A stretch of DNA of 63,568 nt, filler included, from Olpidium bornovanus S191 (GCA_017911155.1; 31 parts of 31 records of this genome joined end to end with filler, not necessarily neighbours in it); one strand, 5' to 3'; positions 48,131-60,733 are shown, counted from the first letter of the whole stretch. The notes: generated by a model not told the origin, from the sequence alone. A program made the numbers and translations.

Positions 48131-48226
48131 GGTGGGCGGCGCACGCCTCTTTCCCCTTCCTCCCCTTTCCCTTCTTCCCCCTTTCCCCCCAACCGCAAAC
48201 GTCCTCCTCCCCCCGGAAAGATAAAG

Positions 48227-49055
48227 ATGAGGTGCGTACTTTCCCGCAGACCGCCGGGAACCCGCGGGGCCCCATCCCATCGCCGCGCCGCATCCTCCCG
48301 CCGTCCCGCGCCGGCCGCCTCGCGCCGGGAGACCGCCGCCTGTGCGCTGCCAGACCCTTCGGAAAAAGCCCGGCTTTTGCCCCGCCGCGCCTCCCTTCCT
48401 GCCACCGCCGCCCCTCCCCAATCTTTTTTTTTCTTTGTTTTTGCACCGCCCCCTAACTCGTTTTCCCGTCGCCCGGCGCACCCCGAACCGGGCCCTGCCC
48501 TTCACAGCAAAGTACAAGTGCCTGCCGTCAGGGCGTCCGTGCGAACGGTGCTCGAGCAGTCCCAGGAGAAGCCCCGGAAGTTTACCGAGACCGTCGAGCT
48601 GCAGATCGGCTTGAAGAACTATGACCCCCAACGCGACAAGCGTTTCTCCGGAACCATCAAGTGAGTGCGCAGCCAGACGGTTTTCTCCCTTTCCTAGCCT
48701 TTCTTCCACCCCCATCCTCTTCTGTATCGGCCCTGCAAAACCGGTGCGGAGCGGACGCCTGGCTGTGCCTCAACTGGCCCTTGCCCCCCCCCCCGACCCG
48801 CGAAAGGTTGCCGAACATTCCGCGTCCGAACATGAACGTGTGCGTCCTCGGCGACGCGCACCACTGCGACCAGGCTGCGGCCGTGGGCATGGAAGCCATG
48901 TCTGTCGAGGACCTGAAGAAGCTGAACAAGAACAAGAAGCTCATCAAGAAGCTGGCCAAAAAGTACGACGCCTTCCTTGCCTCGGAGTCCCTCATCAAGC
49001 AGATCCCCCGTTTGCTCGGTCCGGGTCTCCTCAAGGCCGGAAAGTTCCCCACCCC
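48227..49055 (+). CDS. RPL1: 60S ribosomal protein uL1 (L10A/L1), 3' truncated
   Basis: Exons 48227-48231, 48508-48660, 48807->49055: [29 protein letters not shown]|[31 protein letters not shown]. Confidence 0.98.
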
Positions 49056-49339
49056 NNNNNNNNNNNNNNNNNNNNNNNNNNNNNNNNNNNNNNNNNNNNT
49101 TAATTAATTAANNNNNNNNNNNNNNNNNNNNNNNNNNNNNNNNNNNNNNNNNNNNACATGTCAAAACTGGCGGACCAAATAAAATCAGAACCTTCGCGTA
49201 AATGGATCGGTCATCAAAATTTTCATTCGCGCGTACCGGTCCCCGTGAATCTTAAGCTCCTTTAGCTTAGCAGCAAGAACCACGTATAAAACCGATCGAA
49301 ATGGTCAGTCGAACGTCAAAGATGCCGCTCGCGGTCGAT

Positions 49340-50640
49340 TTAATTCATCCTGACCTCATCCCACCGCGTGCGAACTGCTCGACGGCCCCCAAGCCTCTTT
49401 TCGTTCTCTTCGACCGCCTTCCGATTTTGATAATCTTCCCGCAACCAATTCTCGACGACGGTGAGCAAAGGGGAATCCAATCCACCGCTTTCCACAGCTT
49501 TTCTCCGTGCACGGTCAAGCTCTGGAAAGTCGGCAACGACGTCGCAGATCACCCTGGTCAACGATCCGTCTTCGGTCCGGCGCACCACGGTTACCGGTGC
49601 GCCGGTGGTTCGCACCCCCGCGATTTTGCCGAGAGCCATCCGGATGACGTGGGTGGGAAAGGAGCCCAGGCCGTCGAAAATGTGGGTCGCGTACAGAACG
49701 GAGGCTCCGCCTTCCCGGGTCTCCGTCTCGCGCAAGAGGAATTCGAGGAGGTTCCGGCGCACGAGGACGTCGAGGTCCACCGTCACCTCGTCGAGCAGCA
49801 AAAGCCTCCACGGAGTGAGCAGGCCGAGCATGATCTGAACTCGCCGCCTCTCCCCGTCTGATATCGTGTGCATGCGCCAGTCCGGGTCTATATCCAGGCA
49901 ACTGAACAGCTCGTCCCGTCGGTCGGGAAACTGGTTGCCGCCGCGCGATGCCACCAACGCCTCTACCGAAACGTCTGACCTCGTTGCCAGGTTTCGGACG
50001 AATTCCGTGCCGAGGTAGGTGATTCCCTGGAAAAATCGAAAGTTAAAATAGCCGCATTTACGTACGCTGCTGGTAAACAGACCCCGCGGCCATTCCGGTC
50101 GCACAAGTGCCGCCTTACTTTAGGCATATCGGAAAACGGGTCTCTGCCAAGGGTGCTGACGGGCGGGCGGACCATGCCTGCGAAACCATGAACAAGGGGG
50201 GGGGGGGGGATCGTCGCCAAAACCCGCGAACGAGGCTGGAGGAGCTATCGAACCTGGCCGCTGCAAAAAGGTGCAACACTCACGCTTTCCCGCCAGAATC
50301 GTCAGAAAGGTCGTTTTCCCGGCGCCGTTTGCGCCGACGAGAAGCGCTCTGCATCCGATTGGTAGCTTAACGGTGACGTTCTCCAGGATGGGCGGCCCGC
50401 CGAATCCGAAGGTCAGGTTCGTCACTGCGCAGGAGGAATCAAAGAAAAACACGTTAAAACGGAGAACCCCCCCCCCCCCCAACACCGACCGAACCTGCAA
50501 CGAAAATCAGAAATCGTCGGCGTTTGCGGCACCCGTGCCCATCCGCGGCTGGTCGCTCACCTGAAATCGCAGCGTCCGGGTCCGCGTCGGGCTGGCAGGC
50601 CCCAGCCAGCCTCACAGGGTGATCCTCCTTGTTGTACATG
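49340..50640 (-). CDS. CAF16: Soluble ABC ATPase CAF16/ABCI-type
   Basis: Walker A GANGAGKTT, ITYLGTEF, degenerate signature ISDGERRRVQI, LLLDEVTVDLDV, LYATHIFDGL. Confidence 0.9.
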
Positions 50641-51702
50641 GTGCAGCGGGCAGTAAAGCAGCGGCGCGGTGCGTCCGAGCACGCGGTCGACGGCGCGCGG
50701 GGGAGAGAAACACGTTGCGCAGCCGTTGGACGTTGTTGGCCTGAGAAGGCTTTACGGAACTCGTTCTCTGCTCTCGCTCTCTCGCTCCGTTGCCTGCAGC
50801 GAAAGGACGAGGGAGGGTTAGAAGACGGGCGTTGAGCCAAGGCGACAAAAAATAAAGAAAGAAAGAAACCCGCCAAGCGGAACTCGAACATCAACGGCAT
50901 TGCAGCGCATCGGCGGCCCACGGAATTCATGACCCCGAAGAGCAAGACCGGCAGGAGCCACTTTACTTTGCTCGCGATATGTCCGTAACTACAAAAATCC
51001 CTCACACGCACCAGGGCTTTGTGGAACGCCTTTTTTTTCGCGTCGCGTACGGATAGGATTTTCTGGGCAATCGGAGTTGGGGGCTCAGTTTCGTTCTCTT
51101 CCGTTCGGTGTCTGGTCCACGTGTACCGGATCATATCTTTTGTGCATGTCTGGTTGGCACGGCTCTCCGTCAGTCCTGGAGGGTGCCACATAAATACCCC
51201 CCTTACCAACATGATCTTTTCTTCAAGACTTTACCGTCTGCAAGCGAACTTGCCACGCCCATCTACGTTTGTAGCTCCCCTAGCTTTTCCGTTACTGGGC
51301 TGACAAAGTTTCAGGAGTGCCCTTCCCGGGGGCTGAGATTTCTTCAATCGAAGCGCAAACGATAGCTAGAGTCCGTAAGCGTGTCCTAATCCAGCTGTGC
51401 GAAGGAGATGGACAGCGAAAGGGCTGCGACGGCTGGACGCGTCAAGCAGCCTCCTTCAACTGGCATGATTTAGTACGGTTGGCCGTCTCGCAGGTCGCGC
51501 CAGCACGTGCCCCACCCTCCCAGTCTCCCGGATCTGAGTTACTGGACCACGTCAGTTTCCTTCAGACGGACTGACCTGGCGCAGNNNNNNNNNNNNNNNN
51601 NNNNNNNNNNNNNNNNNNNNNNNNNNNNTTAATTAATTAANNNNNNNNNNNNNNNNNNNNNNNNNNNNNNNNNNNNNNNNNNNNGGGGGGGGGGTTGGGT
51701 CC

Positions 51703-51716
51703 GGGTCACGTGACCC
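51703..51716. promoter_or_regulatory. 14-bp palindrome GGGTCACGTGACCC
   Basis: Direct reading; near a contig start, downstream of RHEB, so possibly the promoter of a gene beyond the break. Confidence 0.5.
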
Positions 51717-52243
51717 TGGCGCCCCAGACGGGCCCCAATGCGCGCGCGCGCACCACAACTGGTCTGTTTTTTATTGACAATATTTTTTATACAAGCTCAC
51801 GATCATTGCGACTGTGCCGGCGAAGACATCCACTGTGAGTTGACCTGAAATTCCGATGATTCCCAAAAATAACGATTGCTGTATTTTCTCTCCAGCCCAG
51901 TTTCTAACGATACAATCAGTGGTAAAACGGAAAACACGAGGGGGAAATTGAGTGCAGGATACGCGACAGTTGTGGATGATTATTCGAATAGAAAGCAGGC
52001 AGTAGCTACGTGTTATGTGAGAATGCGGAAAAACAAAATGCGCGGCAGGTGTGGAAAAATTAAACCGAAGTTGTTCAGGGACTGTACCTGCCGCTTGGGT
52101 TCTCTCCACATCACGGCTGCAAGGTTCTCAAAAAGCAGGAGTTTGAAGGAAGTGTATTTTCTTGTTACCAACAAGCTTCGGGCCTTGCAGATGTCCCCAC
52201 ACCTGGCGTGCGGTGCTCCGGTGACGGGCAGGACCTCGCGACT

Positions 52244-53162
52244 TCACATGACGACACACGGCTTCTTCTCCTCTGCTGCGCCGCCGGACGTGTCCTTCTC
52301 AATCTGAGCAATGATGCAGTCGAACACTTTCCCTGCGTATCAGGAAAGCAGCGCGGCAACGGGAAATGGGCGAGTGTGTTGGTATCGCCGTCACCCCGCC
52401 AGCCAGCGGGGAGAGAGAACAGAAAAAATAACCTCTCGCCCACCAATGTTATCATTATTCTTGGCCGACGTTTCGACGGCCACGCAATTGTACTTCGTGG
52501 CGAGCTCCTGGGCTTCCTGAAAGCTCACTTGCCTGTATAAGCCGCGATCGAAGAGGGCCGGGGTTGATTGTGTGCGGCAACGGGCGGGAGGGGGGGGGGA
52601 AGAGGTGGGGGGGAATGAGGGAGACGGTATCAACAGGCGGTAAATTGTGGACGGCGGCGCTCCCGAAAACGGGGTGGAAAAAACCCTTCTTGTTCTTTTG
52701 GGGCAGAATAAAAACCTCTGCGTCTCCAGATCCACTTTATTCCCGACGATCACCATCGGAGCGTAGTCAGTGCCCATGTAGTTCAATATCTTGTCACGTA
52801 TAATCTTGACCATCTCGAATGACGACCGAGAGGTGACGCTGTAGACGAGGATGTACCCGTGGATGCACACGGCATGCTTGGAGTTGAGGATCGAGTACTC
52901 GTCCTTGGACGGGGAACCGTTTTGGGAAATAAAACGGGTCGGTCATTCCGCTCGAGTCGCGGTATCTTCAACTTTGCCGCGGTTTGGCCTTTCCAGCCCG
53001 GACCTAGGCCAATCCGCCGTTCTCACTCTTTTCACCCCCCCCCCCCCCCCCCCCCCCTTCACCCCGTTTACAGTCGTTTCCCCCGGTCTTCCTACACCCC
53101 GCGCGAACACGCCCACACACAACCACACCTGACCGGCGGTGTCGATAATCTCGATGCAGTAC
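52244..53162 (-). CDS. RHEB: Rheb small GTPase, 5' truncated
   Basis: IIDTAGQ|DEYSILNSKH..GYILVYSVTSRSSF..IRDKILN..VGNKVDL|..ETSAKNNDNI|..EKKPCVVM* (CAAX box). Confidence 0.95.
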
Positions 53163-54070
53163 NNNNNNNNNNNNNNNNNNNNNNNNNNNNNNNNNNNNNN
53201 NNNNNNTTAATTAATTAANNNNNNNNNNNNNNNNNNNNNNNNNNNNNNNNNNNNNNNNNNNNAGGGCCATTGGCCGCGCGGTCGGCGCCATTCGGCGTGA
53301 AATTTTGTACGTCGCCTTCAGGAGGTTGTTTGACCGTGGGGCTCCGCGGGTCATAATAGATACTTTAAGTTGTAACACACATGATTCCAAGCCGGACGAC
53401 CGAGGGGCGGGCTGGCAGTCTTTGCGGAATGCGGGGGAAAGACGGAAGGGATGGCGGTTTGTATAGGCGGGGGAGCCCGAGTCGCGGGCACGCTCGAGCG
53501 CGACGGGGGGGTAACGACGGAGGGAAGCCGCCGGTCGACGCAGAGGACGGACGCCGGTCGATGGGTGAAGTGAAAGAAGAAGGCTGTGGGAATCATGACT
53601 TCCCTGAATGTTTTCGGGGCAGCAACGGCTACTGAACCGGCGTCTAAGAAAGACTTGAGGCGGCCGTTTCCGAGGGACTACGCCGCGCGCGCGCGCGCCC
53701 AGCCCGATTTGGAAAAGACTGACGACGAGAACGATCCCCGACACGGGCTCGCAAGAGTTTTGAATTTTTTTTTTTTTTTTTTTTTTTTTCGTCCGGTTGT
53801 TTGTTACCCGCACGGGTCCGCGGTTTGTCATCTGACGACAACCCGCTCTCTCCACACGGGGGGCCCCCCGACCCGTTCCCGACGATTTTCCCCCCTTTTT
53901 GTTCCGCGAACTGCCCACATCGAACGGCCCCGCGCGGCCATTTTGAATATTTCTCGCCCGAGGATAATTGTTTTTACGTACGCGCGTTATGCAGGTACCG
54001 TCGAAGCACGGTCGCGACGATCAATTAAATAACCCGCGGGGCGCAAGTAACGTGATCCGTGTGTGTTGTT

Positions 54071-54105
<35 letters not shown>

Positions 54106-54952
54106 GGGAGGGGGTGCGCAGGCTCATCCTCCTCGCTTCTCGTCCTTCGCCTGCTTGTAACAAATATGCGGCGCCACTGGGGGAAAAACCAAACAAAAAT
54201 AATAATAATAATAATAATAATAAAAAACGGAGTTATTAACGGCGGGAAGGGTTTCCTCCCTGGTTTCTGCCAAAACTATCGCAACTTGCAGAACTCAAAG
54301 AAGGCGCAGAAAGGCGAGAATGTAATGCCTTCCCATCTGATCTGAACAGCCGTCCAGTCTGTTGTACGTGGCTGCCGGTATGGAGAACAAGGGCATCCGG
54401 AAGGTTGGCGTGCGCATCGCATCCCGCAAGGCGAATGAGCCGAGTTCCCATGGAAGTCGAGACGGGGACGGCCCCCTCTGCTGTTACGGGTTCATTTCCT
54501 TGGGATGCCGTCCATCGTTTCTCTGGGATAGTTTTGGACGCCTACTTTGATGTCACGTGATTCTTCGNNNNNNNNNNNNNNNNNNNNNNNNNNNNNNNNN
54601 NNNNNNNNNNNTTAATTAATTAANNNNNNNNNNNNNNNNNNNNNNNNNNNNNNNNNNNNNNNNNNNNCCCCCCCCCATCCTTTGCGGGGAAAACCTCGTC
54701 CGCAGCCGTCTCGGGCAACGTACTCCGGCACGCCGCCGCGCAAACGAGACGGAGTCGAACGCGAACGGGCCGCGAGTCGACGCACAAGATTATTTTTTTA
54801 CAGTTGTTTTTACAGTTGCGCCAAAGCTTACACGTTTCCGAACGCCGCGCCTCGTTGCCAAAACGGGGGGCTTTGACCATCGGTCTACGTCGACGGGGGC
54901 CCGAAAGGCCGCCGCCGCTGCTGCGATGGGCAACGACGCCGTCCCGCCGATC

Positions 54953-55851
54953 TCAGACCGCCTGCGCTGTCAGGCGAACCGGTTTCGCCTCCAGGAGCCC
55001 GCGCCCCAGGGCCTCCCGCTGTGCCAACGTCGCCTCCGCCAGGGCCCGCAGCTTTTCCGACTCGTTCCACGCGTCCTCGAGCAGACGCCGCACGCCGTGC
55101 CGGGCCTCGAGCGTCCCGGCGCGCGCCGCCCGCACCCGGGCGCCGTCCACGATCCGGCGCCAGTGCTTGCCCGTCGGTCCACCCTGCAGATGCAAAACGG
55201 CTCGCAAGAGGATCGACGGGCGCACTCCTGCCGTTTGCTGCTCGTCTGCGTAATCTGGAAAACACGCGACGGGGGGAGCGAGCGAGTTGGCCCCGCGTCA
55301 AAACCGGGCCAGAGTGAGTCCCCCGGCTCGGACGAAGGTATGCCCCGTTCCGCGTCATCGGGCACGCGAATGCGGAAAAAAAAAACCGAACCTGCGTATC
55401 TCGCCAGCACCTCGCTTCTCGTCAGCAGCGCAGAACGTTCGGTGCCGTACAATTCTGCACGGTCCGCGACAAAATGGTACATCCCGACTCGGCCAGTTTA
55501 GAAAAGTTCCGGGGGCGTTCGCGAAAAGAAAAACCGTGACGCCCAAAAAAAAAAAACTGCCTTACCCGGCTCGACCACCTCGGCAAGGTAGTAGACGTCG
55601 TTTTGCACCTTTCGACCGACCATGACGCCGTCCATGCCGGCGGCGAGGTGCTCGCGGATGTCATCGATGGACGAGATGCCTCCGTTCGCGGTGAAGAAAA
55701 GTCGCGGGAAGTCGCTTTTTAGGCGCCGCGCCCGAGGGTGGTCGAGTGGCGGAACCGTCCGGTTCTGCTCCGGCGACAGGCCTTGGAGGTACGCTTTCCG
55801 GGCGTGGATGACGAAATGGCGGACCGGAGAATTGTCGGAGACGACCGTCAC
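54953..55851 (-). CDS. dusA: tRNA-dihydrouridine synthase of the bacterial DusA type, 3' part, with introns
   Basis: HFVIHARKAYLQGLSPEQNRTVPPLD..RLKSDFP..NGGI..DGVMVGR and G.PTGKHWRR align with DusA [33 protein letters not shown]. Confidence 0.85.
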
Positions 55852-55983
55852 CTGCGCAAGGATTCGCGCGCGCAAAAAAAAAAAAAAAAAAAATTGCCGG
55901 GCGGCGCGGATGTTACGTGCGAGACAAAAAAAAAGCGGCTTTAACGCAACTCGCCCCCCCCCCCCCGGCGAGCGAAAACCCCC

Positions 55984-56028
<45 letters not shown>

Positions 56029-56136
56029 CTTCGCCCNNNNNNNNNNNNNNNNNNNNNNNNNNNNNNNNNNNNNNNNNNNNTTAATTAATTAANNNNNNNN
56101 NNNNNNNNNNNNNNNNNNNNNNNNNNNNNNNNNNNN

Positions 56137-56493
56137 CATGAGGGCAGCATTGCGGCTGCACGGCGGAGAACTGGAAACGCTTTTTTTCTGCGGCCAGCTG
56201 AGGCTCGTTAAAATATCTGCCCCGCCGGCCCTTTGACCACGTTTGGTAACACCTGCGAAGGGGACAACGGGCATCTCATAGCGGTTTATGCTGTAGGTGG
56301 TGTCGAGATCGACGACATTAGCGAAGTCGCGGTATGACCGCACAGCGGACTGCGCTGCACCAAAACACCGTCCGCGGGCGATTTTCAGCATCATCAAGTA
56401 AACGTCGGGACCGCTGCCCTCGGCTTTCTTCAGGCAGCAAAGCAGCTCAGTCGCGTCCATCGCTCCATTTTCGGCTGCAGCTTCACGCTTCAC
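56137..56493 (-). mobile_element. Mutator/MULE (FAR1-like) DDE transposase fragment, degraded
   Basis: YRDFANVVDLDTTYSINRYEMPVVPFAGVTKRGQ matches MULE Y..FGDVV.FDTTY.TNRY.MP..PF.GVNHHGQ. Confidence 0.85.
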
Positions 56494-57242
56494 GCAATTC
56501 GAAACCGGAAAGGTTTAGAAATGTCCCGCTCTGTAAAGCCAACGTGCGCGACGGCGAATTTCATAGCTGCCGCAATTGCCGCTGGCAAATGCCGGACCTT
56601 TCACCCCAGGCAAGGAAGGACGGAACGAAGGAGGAGGAGGAGGGGGGGGGCGGGAGGGGGGGACGCACAGAACGCCCAACCACACACATAAAACAGCGAA
56701 TCCCAATTTGGCCCCAAAAGTGGAATCCACAAGAATTTTGACGGGATCGGCGACACGCTTCGGCGGCGACCGGTTCAAAAGCGAAATTCCCCCGCGCAGG
56801 ACGGCCGCGGGCGGGCGGCTGAGCTCAGAAGTCGGCTACAATAAGACGCCAAGCGTCTAGTCGAGCACATGAACATCGCGCTGGGCCGGGGCGAGCGCCC
56901 GCTCGGCGGTGCCAGCTGTGACAGCGGGAGGGGGACATGCAGTGTCGCTGCCCGGCGGCCGCGCCTGTCGGCAAGGAGCGCGTTCCGTCGGCGCCAGGTC
57001 GGTCACCGTCGGGCACAGTTCAAGATGACTGAGGGAGCGATTTCACGTACATTCAAGCATACGGGTGACCCTGGCTGGTGATGGGATCACAAACGCTAGA
57101 CCGAGAGCATTTCACCATTTAGTTGCGAAAGAAGTTTGGCATGNNNNNNNNNNNNNNNNNNNNNNNNNNNNNNNNNNNNNNNNNNNNTTAATTAATTAAN
57201 NNNNNNNNNNNNNNNNNNNNNNNNNNNNNNNNNNNNNNNNNN

Positions 57243-58392
57243 NGAAACCGCGGGCAGACGCCGTCCTCAGGGTTGGGCGACGACCATCCTTCGCGCCGAT
57301 TCGCAAAGCACGGGGTAATTCCCAGGACATTGAAGTTTTACCGAGAGGAAGCGTCGTAAACATGTTCATCCCGAAGCATAATCGAGCGAAATTGACCAGA
57401 GAACTGTCGTGAGGAAAGTTGTTCAATATGTTTGCTACGGAGCGGAAATTTCCTGTTTAGTGGGCGCGGCACATGAGCAATATTGTTCTCAAAAAACCCC
57501 CCCCCACACACACAATATCCTACCCTGCGCCTTTTTCGTAAACACCCAGTATCCACTGACCGCGAGCACAGACGATGCCAAGAGACTGGTGCCAGTACTC
57601 AGATGCGTCACGACCGCAAACCGGTCCAGGGTGGGCTTTTGTAGTGAGCCGTAGATGAGAAACGTGTTGTGGTGGCACACGAACGCTGTCGGGCGAAGAG
57701 AACCGGCCAAACGCGCAAGTTCAGTCTTATTCCGCCGTCAACTGTTCTCCTAAAGGAAACGGAATGAACGGGAGCGGACCCTCACCGAAGCTGATTACTC
57801 CGATTGCCTGAATGACCTCGCTGTTGGCAATGCTCAATCTATACGAAGGGTCCCCTTTGAGTTCCGCAGCGACGTTGGGGCCCTCCACCAAAATGGTGAT
57901 GACGATGACCAGTATGGCGACAAGCGCCAACGCGCTGGCCTTGGCCAGCTTCGACATGTCCCGGTACAACGAGAGCGGAAAGGAGATGAAAACCGTCGTG
58001 GCGAAGATCATGAACTTCCGCGAGACGAGAAGCCAGATGACTGGCAGCGTAGGTATCGACGGGAACGTGAAGAGGAGGACGCTCGGAATGGTGTCCCCCA
58101 CAATGACGGTGTAAGCGGCCATGCCTGCAAAATCAAAGCGGACGTTTCGGCCCTGAGCGCGTGACGCTAAAGACGCGCGCGCGGCGCGCCTCGGGAGCGA
58201 GGAACGCGAGGAGGCGGCCGGGGGCGTTTTACCTCCGAAGGCAAAAAGAAACTGAAACACGGATATGGCGACCATGCCCGCTCTCCCGAAGCAGTACTCC
58301 ACGAGGCCTTGATAGGTCGTCGTCTGCCCGGAAAGACGCGATGATTTAATGAGGATCCGAATGGTCCAGTCTGCCGGGGAGATATGCCGAGC
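57243..58392 (-). CDS. AAAP/SLC38 amino-acid transporter (AVT2-like), internal part
   Basis: TTYQGLVEYCFG, AYTVIVGDTIP, PLSLYRDMSKLAKAS, QAIGVISF|AFVCHHNTFLIYGSL..LDRF..VTH, NILNNFP..NFARLCFGMNMFTTLPL. Confidence 0.9.
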
Positions 58393-58498
58393 NNNNNNNN
58401 NNNNNNNNNNNNNNNNNNNNNNNNNNNNNNNNNNNNTTAATTAATTAANNNNNNNNNNNNNNNNNNNNNNNNNNNNNNNNNNNNNNNNNNNNAGTTTA

Positions 58499-58531
<33 letters not shown>

Positions 58532-58939
58532 CGGCCTGAAGCACGAGGCGCACGTGCTCTTTCCCGGCCCCCCGGGGGAAGCTGCTTCGGGCTGCGGCCC
58601 GGACGGACGCGCGTTTCGTTGCGACCGCATCGTCCGCCCTGCAAGAGCTTTGGCTCGTTACCGTCGTAAAAATCGAAGGGGTCTGGAGGTCAGCGGAGGG
58701 GAGCGGTCGACGTAGTCGACGCCTGATACCGGGATCGAGCGCGTCTGGATCGGGCCGGCCGCGAGAGGGACGCACACAACGAGGGGCTGCCTGTCGTCGC
58801 GGGCCGACGCGCGTCGCGACACGCGCTGCTGCCTCTTGGCCTTAGGCGGACGACGGCCCGGAACGGCGACGTCTGCCCGAACACCGCTAAAAGGCGCCGG
58901 GCTAGCAGAGGTCCTGTAGATGGCTTGGGCTGTAGGAAC

Positions 58940-59400
58940 GCGCTCTCAATGCGCGGGGCGCGCAAGGCCCGTGCACATCGGGAGCGCGGACGCTGGTCGG
59001 GATGGAGCCAAAGCCCTGGAAGGAGTATGTCTCGACACACAGCGACGCGGAGGCGACCGCCGCGACCCGTTCGGGCAGAGCGAGACTTCTCCCTGGCGCC
59101 AGGGCGTTGCCGCCGCGTGACGAAACGACAAGCGAAAAACCCGTGTCTTTTCCGCCAGAAAAGTCTGCGCCGGGGCCGTCTGCGCGGGAGTCGTCTGGAG
59201 GTTGCGCGGGAGTCATCTGGAGGTGAGGAGGACTACGAAGAGGCGCGCCGTGTTTCCGTCCGGCGAGCGCAGGCGAAGCAGGACCTAGATGCGGCGAAGC
59301 CGACAGGGACAAAACACGTAGCCTTCCCGTCCGTCTTGCCCGGATGGTTTGCGCGTTTTAAGACTGCGGATCGACCGATGAGGGCCGCGTGCGCACTCCA
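58940..59400 (+). pseudogene. Unassigned reading frame broken by a 22-bp tandem duplication (59181-59224)
   Basis: MEPKPWKEYV..PSARESSGG continues as GEEDYEEARR..GWFARFK only if one 22-nt copy is removed. Confidence 0.35.
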
Positions 59401-59975
59401 CCTCTCGCTTACACTACCCCGTGCACGTTGTTGCACGTCGGCGAGGGCGAGAGGAGGAAAGGATCCAGGGCTACGAATTTGTCCCTGTTGGCCTCGCATT
59501 CCTCCCCGTACGGGGGTATAAAGGGGAAAAGTGGGGAGACCGAGTCACGGACACACTGCGCGCACGAGCCCTTTTCCACCTCCAGCGGAGCTTTTGGGTT
59601 CCCCCCCCCATACAAAAGGGTAGATGGGCTCGGGACAGAACGACGAAAAGCCCTCGGTTCGCCGCTTCCTCGCCCGCTCAGCTGCGTATTTCCCGTTTTT
59701 CCTTCCGAACTATGTCAACCGCATATTCCCCTGCACTATAGAGACCGGAATGGGGGAATTCGGGGGTGTGTCGCCTTAAAATGCGAGCGGGGGCCAATAA
59801 TCGCGGCCCCACGCGGATGCCGCCGGCCAATCGCGCGGACGCTCCGATCACGCGGCGGGGACCAGCCGAGGGAACACAAAGCCTCCTCCCCACCACCGCA
59901 CGCCAAAAGCTGCCCTCCCCCAAGACACCGCCAAGAGCAGCGCCGGCACGTTGTGTAAGGTGGTCCATTCGTCAA

Positions 59976-60733
59976 ATGCTCGCAAGACTGCGAGCTGCTG
60001 TCGCGTCCGCACGTCAAAACTTTGAGTTCGCCAGGCCCGTCGCGCGGCTTCCCCGGCCCGATGTTCCGGAAGCGCCGCCGGCGGCGCCCGGATCCGCCGT
60101 GAACGGCCGACGCGCCGGCCGCGGGCGTGGTGGTGCCGGAAGTGCGAGCGGCCGACGGAGCAGTGTGTTGGGCTCGCAGCATTTCGCGCGTCCGGGCTAC
60201 AATGCTCCGCGGCTGCCGATTGTTCTATGCCACGGTGAGCGAGATTGAGTCCTGAAGGAACGCCGCGGGGCGACTGCAGTTTTGACTTTTTTTTTCTTTT
60301 TCTTTTTTTTTTACACCCCTTGTTCGTTCCGGGAAGGTCTCTTTGGGTACGCCAAGCTGGGCCCGTCCTTCCTGCCTTCGATGCAATTGTGCTACTGGGG
60401 CGGAATCAAAGAAGCACTGGAGAAGCTCGGCGCGACCGTGATCGTCACGGGAGTTCCCGGCGCCGGCCACGTCGTCGACCGGGCGCGCGCTCTCAACTCG
60501 CGCCTGGAGTCGATTTTCTCCCGGCTCGCGGGGGAACCGGGCTCCAAAGGCTCGTTCGAAGTGAACCTGGTCGCGCACTCCATGGGCGGCCTGGACTGCC
60601 GCCAGCTCATCGCGCACGAGCGCAAGCGCGGGTTCAGCGTCAAAAGCCTGACGACGGTCTCGACGCCGCACCGGGGAAGCCCGTTCGCCGACGTGTGCTG
60701 CGAGCTCTTCGGGCTGTCCGCCGCCTGCACGCC
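59976..60733 (+). CDS. TGL2: Triacylglycerol lipase TGL2-like (alpha/beta hydrolase), 3' truncated
   Basis: PRLPIVLCHG|LFGY..YWGGIKEAL..VNLVAHSMGGLDCR (nucleophile elbow)..LTTVSTPHRGSPFAD; intron 60235-60336. Confidence 0.9.

Noticed and set aside
53263-54567. Possible ribosomal protein eL28 (VSIMTRGAPRSNNLLKA or KVGVRIASRKANEPSS)
   Set aside because: The similarity is vague, occurs on opposite strands, and lacks the conserved N-terminal motif; left unassigned.
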